Below are positions 39,821-48,372 of a stretch of DNA of 58,221 nucleotides, piece after piece. The translations under genes were made by a program, and so were the position numbers. The DNA is from a virus. Lineage: Duplodnaviria > Caudoviricetes. Numbering within the stretch: the stretch's first letter is position 1; each line of letters starts with the position of its first letter. The notes under the pieces were generated by a model. The model was given only the letters and a program-made list of their open reading frames with translations. It ran no database searches and had not been told where the DNA came from. The DNA lies in the IMG/VR virus record IMGVR_UViG_3300010413_000034, positions 1-58,221 of that record; one strand, 5' to 3'.

Positions 39821-41737
39821 TTAAGCGTTGTATTTTAGTACTGCACAGCTACTCTGTGTTGCAGTTCCAGCAATAATCTGTAGGAATGCAAATCTGCGAG
39901 TTGCTACTAGTACGCGTTTCTGATCTACAATAATTGTATCTCTTTCAACATTTAGTCCGCGTAGTTCACCAAATAGATAGTTAGCAGCATTAAGTGCAAT
40001 AGCACCATAAGCTCCACTAGCTGGTGTATCAAAAGCATCTGATACAATAACTGGAGAACCATTAACAGATCCAATCTGACCACGTAGAATTGTTGCATTT
40101 GGACCAACTAGATCAGTAGTACGGAAATCAGGATCATCTAACAGATCATAATAAGTCTTCTGATTTACAATGTATACTACATCACTTGGCATCATGCCCC
40201 AAACACCCATTAGTCTACGTACAGACTGTAAGTCAGCTACTGTTGTTGTAGCTGCAGAACTCTGTGCTAGTTCTGCAGAAGTACCAATATCATCTGCTAG
40301 AGTAGCAACACCATTAATTAGTGCGTTACCTGTTACACCGGCAACAGTTTCTGCCCCAGAATTAGCACGTAGTAATTCTAGATCTGTTGTACGAGCCATT
40401 CTACGAGTTATAGCATTCTGAATTAGTGGTAGAATTGGAAGAATTGCATCTTCTTCTTCTTCATATCCAAGATATTCTTTGGTAGCTAGTTTTTCAGCTT
40501 TTAGTGTAATATCCTGAATTGCATGTGTGCGCGCAACACCGGTAGAACTACCATCGGTAGATTTATATGCTGTATCTGCTACCCAGCTTGCATGCCCAGC
40601 TTCTGGATTGAATGGAAATACCATTGAGCGAGAGTTCATAGTAACTCTATTAGTAAATAGAGGCTCCATAACTAGACGATCTTTAATAGCATCATACATA
40701 CGAGTAGAAAATTCAGTTTCATAATTATCTGCATTTGTTCCGGTTAAATGATCTCCAGCCTTAGTAACTAAATCATTAAAATATTTAGTTTTATCAATAG
40801 GTTTGCCCATTACTTTAGCTAGCATTACAGCTGTATCTACTTCTTTAGGTGTAATTATACTATTTCCACCAGTATTGAACTCCATTTTTGATTTACGGAA
40901 AGCTTCAATTTCTGCGGCTTTTTCTTTTAGTTCGCTACGAAGACCTTCAAGTGCTTCTGAAATAGTAGCATTCTTTTCTTCAAAGCGCTTTTCTGCTTCT
41001 GTCAGCAGTTTTTCTGCTTCTGATTTTCCAGCAATAACAGCTAATTCAGCTATTCTCTTTTCTTCGGCTTCTTTTGCTTCTCTTTCTGCAAAAGCTCTCT
41101 GAATAGCCTTATCTTCTAATTCTTTTAACTGCTCTGGTGTTAAAGAAACGTTATCTTTATCCACAATTTTTTCTCCTTTAGTGACCTCTACTTCAGCATT
41201 TGCTTCAGTTTCAGGTTCTTTATTAAATAACTTTACAAAGTTTTTATACTCTTCTTCCTTTTCGAAAGATTTTTTTATCGAAAATATAGAATCTGCATTC
41301 ATAGGTATACTTACAACCGATAATTCATACATTTCTAAATCTTTAATTACAAAAATATCTGACTTTTGATCATAATCTGCATCTTTAACCATAAAGCCTA
41401 TTGAAAATGCTTTTAATATTCCAGATTTAATTAGATTATATATCTCTCCTGCTGCCTTATTTATTTCTGCAACTACATGTAATCCTTTTTTATTTACACT
41501 ATAGTCTACAACTAAACCTATTGGTTTCTGATGATTATGATAAGCTAAAACTATTGGATTCTTTAAATAATTATCTAACCCTCCCTTAGTCCAAGCTTCT
41601 TCTAAAACAATATCTCCGCCTCTATCTTTAGTTGTGGTGCTTGCCCAACCTTCTACTATTAGAGTATCATCATCTTCGGCAGCAGCTTTTACTCTAAAAT
41701 CTGTAGTTAGTTGCATTTTATATCTATCTTTATTCAT
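39821..41737 (-). CDS. HK97-type prohead protease fused in frame to major capsid protein
   Basis: aa 1-~170: EGWAST, DRGGDIV, LAYHNH.KPIG, AFSIGF, ELSVVSIPMN. Then a coiled-coil delta domain and an HK97 fold (GYEEEEDAILP, GQIGSVNGSPVIVS). Confidence 0.92.
   Translation of the reverse strand: MNKDRYKMQLTTDFRVKAAAEDDDTLIVEGWASTTTKDRGGDIVLEEAWTKGGLDNYLKNPIVLAYHNHQKPIGLVVDYSVNKKGLHVVAEINKAAGEIYNLIKSGILKAFSIGFMVKDADYDQKSDIFVIKDLEMYELSVVSIPMNADSIFSIKKSFEKEEEYKNFVKLFNKEPETEANAEVEVTKGEKIVDKDNVSLTPEQLKELEDKAIQRAFAEREAKEAEEKRIAELAVIAGKSEAEKLLTEAEKRFEEKNATISEALEGLRSELKEKAAEIEAFRKSKMEFNTGGNSIITPKEVDTAVMLAKVMGKPIDKTKYFNDLVTKAGDHLTGTNADNYETEFSTRMYDAIKDRLVMEPLFTNRVTMNSRSMVFPFNPEAGHASWVADTAYKSTDGSSTGVARTHAIQDITLKAEKLATKEYLGYEEEEDAILPILPLIQNAITRRMARTTDLELLRANSGAETVAGVTGNALINGVATLADDIGTSAELAQSSAATTTVADLQSVRRLMGVWGMMPSDVVYIVNQKTYYDLLDDPDFRTTDLVGPNATILRGQIGSVNGSPVIVSDAFDTPASGAYGAIALNAANYLFGELRGLNVERDTIIVDQKRVLVATRRFAFLQIIAGTATQSSCAVLKYNA
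41162..41179 (-). promoter_or_regulatory. internal ribosome-binding site and GTG start for a stand-alone 447-aa capsid protein
   Basis: Minus strand AAAGGAGAAAAAATTGTG. GTG at 41164-41162 is codon 192 of the fusion ORF, at the protease/delta-domain boundary. Confidence 0.75.
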
Positions 41738-42920
41738 TCATTTTATCCTCTTTTGGTTTGCCACCTTGTGATGGATCCTGAGCACTTCCAGCTATATTAG
41801 CTGGGAGATATAATTTATCTGCTATTTCATCATCACTCTCAGGATATCTTAACTCCGCCCTAGATTCATTTCTAGTTAAGATTCCAGCATTTACCATTGC
41901 CGTATGGAAATCTGCTAAGTCTTTTAGTTCCGGTCTTAATGCTAAGACATCTTGTGTTACTGGTTTTATATCATAACCAAAATATAATTCCAAAGATTGT
42001 GTAACTTTATTTACTAAAGGTAAAACTGTAGTTACATAAAATAATTTTAAATTTGGTGTTATATTTGCATTATTTCCAGAATCTAATAAAATTGGAGGAA
42101 CCCCTAGAGCATGTAGTATTTTGTTTTCCTTACTAGTAATACTTTCAACAAAATCTAACTCTTTAAAATTATATTTTGCTAAAGACTCTAATTTAAAATC
42201 TCCATCTAGAATCATTGGTCGTCTTCCACCAGATTTCGGATTATATTTTGTCATCCATTGATAAATCATTCTATTTTTAACTCTCTCAGATAATGGATTA
42301 GGTGTAATTAAAACTAAACCGGGTATTGCCGAATTATCAAAGAAAGTTTGCTGAAATTGATTCATACTTAGTAATAAAGCTATTGTTTTCTTAGCCGCAT
42401 CTAATCTTGATCTTCCAGTATAGATTGTGTCCCCAGCATTTTCTTTTATATGAATTATTTCTTCTGGTGAAAATATTTTATTATTATATTCAAATTGTTT
42501 AATATATGTTTTTTTATCAGCCACTACTTTTACAGATAATGCTGGTAAATTATATAAATAAGCACCATCAAAATATATAAAAGCATCTCCTTCTAAGATT
42601 AAATCCATTATAATATTTCTTTTAAATAGATCTGCATTATAAAAAGGATTTGGTTTATAATTTAATAACGTATGTAATTTTTTATTTCTTATTCTAGTAG
42701 GAGATCCGAAGAAGTCTAACATTTCTCCGATATCTAGAGCTATTCCCGCTGCGGAATCTACGATTAAGTTAACCCCTCTATTCACTACCTCTAGTTCATT
42801 ATATGCTCGCTGATTATTTAGCAAATTGCTAGAAGGTTCGTCTGTTTCACCGAAATCATTAACTATTTCTGGCTGAGCGGGATTAAGTTTTTGTTTTAGT
42901 GTATCCCACAACTTAGACAT
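41730..42920 (-). CDS. portal protein (HK97/T5 pb7-like)
   Basis: KLNPAQ, VNRGVNLIVDS, LNYKPNPF, IIHIK, FFDNSAIPG, LGVPPILLDSGNNANI, GILTRNESR, PANIAGSA. Confidence 0.93.
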   Translation of the reverse strand: MSKLWDTLKQKLNPAQPEIVNDFGETDEPSSNLLNNQRAYNELEVVNRGVNLIVDSAAGIALDIGEMLDFFGSPTRIRNKKLHTLLNYKPNPFYNADLFKRNIIMDLILEGDAFIYFDGAYLYNLPALSVKVVADKKTYIKQFEYNNKIFSPEEIIHIKENAGDTIYTGRSRLDAAKKTIALLLSMNQFQQTFFDNSAIPGLVLITPNPLSERVKNRMIYQWMTKYNPKSGGRRPMILDGDFKLESLAKYNFKELDFVESITSKENKILHALGVPPILLDSGNNANITPNLKLFYVTTVLPLVNKVTQSLELYFGYDIKPVTQDVLALRPELKDLADFHTAMVNAGILTRNESRAELRYPESDDEIADKLYLPANIAGSAQDPSQGGKPKEDKMNE

Positions 42921-42931
42921 AATTTCTCCTA

Positions 42932-43120
42932 TTAAGTTAGGTCTGCAGTATCAAAAAGAGGTAGATAACCTAATAATGTTCCACTTTCATCATATACTGG
43001 TAATGTTCCAGTTGTTGTAGCTGCTATAGCACTGCCAACTACTGCGGCAGATGTAAACTCATTAGATACCTTATCTTTAAGCATAATAAGTTTATCTGGA
43101 CTTTTAGATTGTATTGCCAT
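42932..43120 (-). CDS. small hypothetical protein, possibly virion-associated
   Basis: 62-aa ORF coupled between the HNH and portal genes. Beta-hairpin-like LPVYDESGTLLGYLPLF. Confidence 0.6.
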   Translation of the reverse strand: MAIQSKSPDKLIMLKDKVSNEFTSAAVVGSAIAATTTGTLPVYDESGTLLGYLPLFDTADLT

Positions 43121-43499
43121 TTATTTTCTCCTGGTATTTTATTTTTTGTTTCTCGCACCAAGACTTTTGTTTCAAAGCTGTACTTAGTGGAGGTACTTTG
43201 CCATAAATTTTATGTAGTCTTTCCATATGGTGAAACTTACACAGAGTTATAGCTAAATTGTATATTTCATTATAATGTTCTGATTTAAAATCTTCTCTAT
43301 ATTTAAGTATATCTTCAACTGAAGTAATAATAATATTATTTTCTTTTTTCCACTTATTCCATAATAATGTCATCGAATAAAAATGATGAAATTGAAGATT
43401 TTCTGTTGCATTACATATATAACAATAACCTTCTTTTCTATATGCACTTTTTGAAATATCTCTTATATATTTAATTTCATCCCTTTTTAAATTATTCAT
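43104..43499 (-). CDS. HNH nicking endonuclease (T5 Sci-like, packaging-associated)
   Basis: KYIRD..KSAYRK, CYIC...LQFHHF, TLCKFHH..LH.IYG..P. Located between terL and portal as in T5. Confidence 0.8.
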   Translation of the reverse strand: MNNLKRDEIKYIRDISKSAYRKEGYCYICNATENLQFHHFYSMTLLWNKWKKENNIIITSVEDILKYREDFKSEHYNEIYNLAITLCKFHHMERLHKIYGKVPPLSTALKQKSWCEKQKIKYQEKINGNTI

Positions 43500-43500
43500 T

Positions 43501-43848
43501 TTATTTTTCTAGCCTTTTTTCTATTTTTTCTATTCTACGTTCTATACCTTTATGTGATTCTGCACATCCTGCGGTTATTTTTACTAAATCGGATAGCGCA
43601 TCTGATTGTTTTTGCTGTAGGTGAACTATATTTCTTAATAGTTCATTTTGTGTTGCACTTGATATTCTTAATGTTTGAATATCAATACTATCTTGTGCAA
43701 CATATGTATTTATAACTTCTGAATTATGCTCAACTGTAGTCGTTATTCCTGCAGCCCACCAAGTCATATAAACAACGTATACTAAGAAAAAAGCAGCTGT
43801 TTTTGCGAAATCACTCGCCTCTTTAAATTTCTCCATAGCTTTTTGCAT
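43501..43848 (-). CDS. hypothetical single-TM coiled-coil protein
   Basis: TM segment AAFFLVYVVYMTWWAAGI followed by a heptad-rich C-terminus. Confidence 0.6.
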   Translation of the reverse strand: MQKAMEKFKEASDFAKTAAFFLVYVVYMTWWAAGITTTVEHNSEVINTYVAQDSIDIQTLRISSATQNELLRNIVHLQQKQSDALSDLVKITAGCAESHKGIERRIEKIEKRLEK

Positions 43849-45150
43849 TTATTCTCCTATTGTATCTAAGTTATGAGAGTGTGTATATAAAGCATATCTT
43901 ATTGCATCAGCAATATGAGAATACTCATTGTGAAGAGGCCTTTCGTTTAATAATCCTTCCCGTGGATCCCACCTATAATTCTCAAACATGTCTATTACGT
44001 TTGTACATTTTTTATCTATAAATAATCTATCGTGATCTACTAGTGATGCTATATAACCAATTCCATCTAAAACTGATTTTTTAGCGTTTATAGTTGTTAT
44101 ATCGAATTCATACGCTAAATCGTACCTGGTTTGAGCCGCCGCAGAATCAATATATATAAAATCTAATTTATGTCTATCTATCATTGACTGTATAGCTTCG
44201 GCATACTGCGCGGTAGAGGATTCATTACTTAAATATTCATCTACAATATATACATTGTATCCATCAGTATATATAATTGCCATTGCTGTAGGATCTCTAA
44301 ATCCTAGATCTAATCCCGCAATTCTATCTTGTACATGAATTGTATCTAAATCTAAATCTAAAATATTATCTTTATTTAGGTTAAATATTTGTCCTTCTAA
44401 CGCTACGAAATCGGATTCATATTCCTGTGCAAATTCAGCTTTACTCATGGAATTTCTAGCATCTTCTACAACTTCCATTGATGCTCTTGGGTTATCTTTA
44501 TATGTACTTCTTATGGAAGCCCATGCTGAATATTGTCCAGTTGTATCAAATCCTCTTTTATAGAATTCATAGAACCAATTTTTCCCTCTAGGGGTACTTA
44601 TAAAAATCGCTTTAGAGTTTGGTTTATCTAATGTAGGTTGAAGTTGAATATTAAATACACTAGCACCATCATCATTTAGGGCGGCCTCGTCAAATATAAT
44701 TAGATCATAACTTCTACCAACTACAGAATCTGCTTGACTTACTGATCCCATTCTTATAATAGATCCATTTTTTAATTCTATTATTTTATCTTTAGCATTA
44801 CTTCTGTCCAATTCTATATCAAAAGAAGCTAATAATTTTCTTTGTAAATCCCAACTTATAGAAGATAAGGAATAATTCGGAGCAATAATTAATATTTGTG
44901 TACCAGGAATCAAAGTTACTAGATGCCCTATAACATTACTTATAAAACTTTTTCCTGTTCTTCTATTTAATACGGCGGTAATAAACCTATATAATGGATT
45001 TTGCACTGCATTAATTAGAGCTATTTGTGGAGGTACGGGTTCAATACCTATTAAATCCAAATAATTTTGTATTGGTAATTTAATAAATCTCTGATCTTCT
45101 GGAAAATCCTGTAACTCTGTTCCACTTATATCATTTCTACTTATTTCCAT
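43849..45150 (-). CDS. terL: terminase large subunit (T5-like)
   Basis: RRTGKS, GRSYDLIIFDEAA, FISTPRGKNWFY, GLDLGFRDPTA, SHIADAIRY. Confidence 0.95.
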   Translation of the reverse strand: MEISRNDISGTELQDFPEDQRFIKLPIQNYLDLIGIEPVPPQIALINAVQNPLYRFITAVLNRRTGKSFISNVIGHLVTLIPGTQILIIAPNYSLSSISWDLQRKLLASFDIELDRSNAKDKIIELKNGSIIRMGSVSQADSVVGRSYDLIIFDEAALNDDGASVFNIQLQPTLDKPNSKAIFISTPRGKNWFYEFYKRGFDTTGQYSAWASIRSTYKDNPRASMEVVEDARNSMSKAEFAQEYESDFVALEGQIFNLNKDNILDLDLDTIHVQDRIAGLDLGFRDPTAMAIIYTDGYNVYIVDEYLSNESSTAQYAEAIQSMIDRHKLDFIYIDSAAAQTRYDLAYEFDITTINAKKSVLDGIGYIASLVDHDRLFIDKKCTNVIDMFENYRWDPREGLLNERPLHNEYSHIADAIRYALYTHSHNLDTIGE

Positions 45151-45152
45151 GA

Positions 45153-48026
45153 TTAGTATCTATCTGTATCTGGTCTTACTAAAGCAAATCCGCCTGAATC
45201 ATTACCCTCAGCTACTCTAACTTCACTTATGTATAAAGTTCTAGCAATATCATTTTCTCCAGTTAGTAATCCTAAATATAACCCTATTTGATATTGTTTA
45301 TCAATAGGAATAGGCTCAAAACTTACAGTCATTTCACCTGTTCTAGATAAATTAGTAATTGTGTCTGATAATTCAAATTCAGTTGCTCCAGTTAGCCAAA
45401 CATAATGTGTTCCGTATTCTGATACACCATTTGCATAATAATACCTAGCAATAGAAGTTGATCCATCTCTAGCTAATAAGTCTCCAGGTGCAAAATTTCC
45501 TGTTATAGCCCAAGTTTTAATTTTTCTTATCTTTCTAATATCTATTCCACAAGAATCCTTAAACAAAATATTGTTTACAGAGGCATTATCTACAATTTTT
45601 GTATAATTTCCAGGATCTGTAGATACCGCATGCCAAATATTCATTGTTCCTAATTGATTTAATTTAAAATTAAAAACTAAATCATGCCAAACATCCGCAG
45701 TAGTTGGTGTTCCTAAGCTAGCACTAGATAATGCAGATAACATACCTAATCCTCTACAATAAGTAGTTCTAGGTATAATTGGAACTTGACCATCTGCACT
45801 ATTTATATATCTTACAACTGCATCAAAAGAAGACATACCTAATGCTACTGAAGATCCTGCATAGTCTATTTTTACATTTCCAGCAGAACAAGTGGCTCCA
45901 TTTGGGCAATTAACTAATTCTGGACTAGGTTCCATAGGAGAAACTATTCTCATATACGAATGTGCTAATGGAACACTTGTTGAAAATCTAAAACTCATCC
46001 CTACCCAAAATCCAACATCACCCCATCTAAATTTTAATGGTTTATTATCTATAGTGGCTACAATCTCTGCTCTAGTAGCTGGTTTTGTCGTTCCGAGTCC
46101 ATCAGTTACACAAGCTAATGTATTAGTATTTCCAGCGTGTCTGGCTGGAGTAGAAACAATTGTAGCAGATCCACCAGTATTAGATATATCTATAGCACTT
46201 CCTATAGTTCCACCTGAAAAATTTCCTGTCCATATAACTTCTGATACTGTTTGATTTAATGTGGTAATAGGATTGCCAGTTGCAGCTGTTTGTCCAGACT
46301 GATTAAAACTAGTATCTCTAGCCAATATTTTTATGTCATAAGCAGTATTTCTTTCTAAATTTGGAATTCTTGCTGTGGTTGTTCCTGCTGGTATAGTTTT
46401 TATTTCTTTATTATCTAAATATATTGCATATTCTAATAAATCTCCGGCTGAAGACGCTGCCCAAGATAAATCAATATAAGTATTATATGGTGTTGCTGTT
46501 AATGTAGCTGGACCATCTGGTGCAGTATAATCTACGCCTGCTTCTGCCCATTTTGTACAGCTAACTAATTCAAATTTATCGTCTCCTGCATCAGCAGAAG
46601 TTTTTACTCTTACTGTTTGCTCCGTAAGAAAATCGTTTCCCTGTGTATCTAATGCATCTACTTCAGCTGATGAAAGATAAACACTGGTATCTGCACCATT
46701 GTAAAATATTTGTTCTGTGCCATCATCATATAAAAACCAAAGTTGTGGTTGACTTAAATCTAAATTATCATAAGATATAATAGCGCTTTGATATTTTACA
46801 CCTAATCTCCATTTTTGACATATACATTTTACTGTACCATCTGCTTTATATCTAGCTTGAAAAACATATTGATTATTTGAATCTACATATCTATTTTCAA
46901 AGTTAACATCACTATTTGCTAGTGGAATTGGTTTCGATAATTTCCAAACCATTTTTTTATTAACTTGAGGATAATCAAATTGAAAATCTGAAAGTGCAGT
47001 GACATTAACAGCTTGATTATTAGACACAACCATTCCATCTACTGGGTCACAAGTATATGTTCCAGAACCTATTTCTGGTGTTTGTCCATGTAAATTACCG
47101 TCTGTATCAAAAGTAGACTCAACCAATAGTCCTAATCTGATAATTTGAGAGCTTTGTGTATAGTCTGATTTTTGTATAGTATCTGTGGAACAAACTCTAT
47201 ACATATAATCATATCCTGGCGCTATATCTGCATCTGTATATGAAAAAGTAGCGCTAGATACTGTTGCTACTTGTATCCAGTCTTGCCCATAATTCCAAGA
47301 CCTTTCAATATAATAATTTGTACAATCAGCATTAGTATTATTTGTTACTCTTGTCCATAATAAATCTATACTCTTTTTATCTGCTCCTTCAGTTAAACCT
47401 AAAGATGTTGGTCTAGCTAAATATACACCATCTACAGTTATTGTATATGATGCTTCATTAGAATATGCTTCGTTAAAATTTATAGAATCATCTACAGCTA
47501 ATACTTTCCAAACATATGTTCCCGGAATAAGAGTTGATACTGTAGTTGTTGAGCCCTGTACTAAATTAGTAGCAGAGCCTTGTGAATAAGTACCACTAAC
47601 AGGAGTATTTCCTGGATGATTATGTAATTCATAATGATTTATTCCACTAGCATCTATAGCACCGTTAAAATTTATATCTATAGATCCTAGAGGATTGTCT
47701 GCATTTGGAGTCATAGTAAAATTCATACCAGAAGTATCTGGTGGATCAGTTTCATCGCCAGTTCCACCACCATCTGATGCATTTGCAAATAATTCCCATG
47801 CAGTATTGGTTGCATTTCTTACATAGTAGCCAGCGCCGAATCCGGGATCCCAGGTTGTTCCATCAGCATTTACAATCATATAAGCTTCAGGCGTAGTAGG
47901 TTCTGCCGATAGAGGCTCTAAAAATAAATGATCTAAATGTATGGATTCCAATGTTGGTGGAGTTCCTAAAGCTACATTTTTTATCTCTTGCTGTGTTGCA
48001 GCATTTGTATCCTTAATATTTGGCAC
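45153..48026 (-). CDS. multidomain virion-type protein: FN3 repeats, beta-sandwich, polysaccharide lyase-like jelly-roll
   Basis: N-terminal ADGTTWDPGFGAGYY motif, FN3 motifs (YVWKVLAVD, YMYRVCS, YDIKILARD). C-terminal RAEIV...FWVGMSF...WHDLVF...IGLY...LYISEVRV. Confidence 0.7.
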   Translation of the reverse strand: MPNIKDTNAATQQEIKNVALGTPPTLESIHLDHLFLEPLSAEPTTPEAYMIVNADGTTWDPGFGAGYYVRNATNTAWELFANASDGGGTGDETDPPDTSGMNFTMTPNADNPLGSIDINFNGAIDASGINHYELHNHPGNTPVSGTYSQGSATNLVQGSTTTVSTLIPGTYVWKVLAVDDSINFNEAYSNEASYTITVDGVYLARPTSLGLTEGADKKSIDLLWTRVTNNTNADCTNYYIERSWNYGQDWIQVATVSSATFSYTDADIAPGYDYMYRVCSTDTIQKSDYTQSSQIIRLGLLVESTFDTDGNLHGQTPEIGSGTYTCDPVDGMVVSNNQAVNVTALSDFQFDYPQVNKKMVWKLSKPIPLANSDVNFENRYVDSNNQYVFQARYKADGTVKCICQKWRLGVKYQSAIISYDNLDLSQPQLWFLYDDGTEQIFYNGADTSVYLSSAEVDALDTQGNDFLTEQTVRVKTSADAGDDKFELVSCTKWAEAGVDYTAPDGPATLTATPYNTYIDLSWAASSAGDLLEYAIYLDNKEIKTIPAGTTTARIPNLERNTAYDIKILARDTSFNQSGQTAATGNPITTLNQTVSEVIWTGNFSGGTIGSAIDISNTGGSATIVSTPARHAGNTNTLACVTDGLGTTKPATRAEIVATIDNKPLKFRWGDVGFWVGMSFRFSTSVPLAHSYMRIVSPMEPSPELVNCPNGATCSAGNVKIDYAGSSVALGMSSFDAVVRYINSADGQVPIIPRTTYCRGLGMLSALSSASLGTPTTADVWHDLVFNFKLNQLGTMNIWHAVSTDPGNYTKIVDNASVNNILFKDSCGIDIRKIRKIKTWAITGNFAPGDLLARDGSTSIARYYYANGVSEYGTHYVWLTGATEFELSDTITNLSRTGEMTVSFEPIPIDKQYQIGLYLGLLTGENDIARTLYISEVRVAEGNDSGGFALVRPDTDRY

Positions 48027-48039
48027 TTCTACTCCTATA

Positions 48040-48372
48040 TTATGCTATTGTTCCTTGTCTAATAACTACTCTGTCAAAATACGTCTCTTTAGAGCCATCA
48101 TCTATTTGTATTTCTAAAGAGGCTGGGCCTTCGTAAGTTACATTTATTGTATCTGCTGAGGCCCACTCTATTACTATTAGTGAATTTGCCCAATCTGCTC
48201 CTGTTTGAGACGGAGTACATGTAGTAATTGGAAAAATTTCTTGTTTATTTGAAGATATAATTTTTGCCTCTACTGTAGCTGCAGGATTTATAGTAAAGGT
48301 TTGTTCTTTACCTATTATACCCTTTCTTAATTGTACAGAAAACGATATATCGTCACCTGTTACTATATCCAT
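48040..48372 (-). CDS. small beta-sandwich structural protein (BppU N-terminal-like)
   Basis: IVTGDDISFSVQL, GADWANSLIVI, ASLEIQI. TAATG-coupled to the repeat protein. Confidence 0.55.
   Translation of the reverse strand: MDIVTGDDISFSVQLRKGIIGKEQTFTINPAATVEAKIISSNKQEIFPITTCTPSQTGADWANSLIVIEWASADTINVTYEGPASLEIQIDDGSKETYFDRVVIRQGTIA

Noticed and set aside
43104-43499. HNH gene as a mobile homing endonuclease
   Set aside because: Its position and motifs match the conserved T5 packaging-region nicking endonuclease rather than a mobile element.
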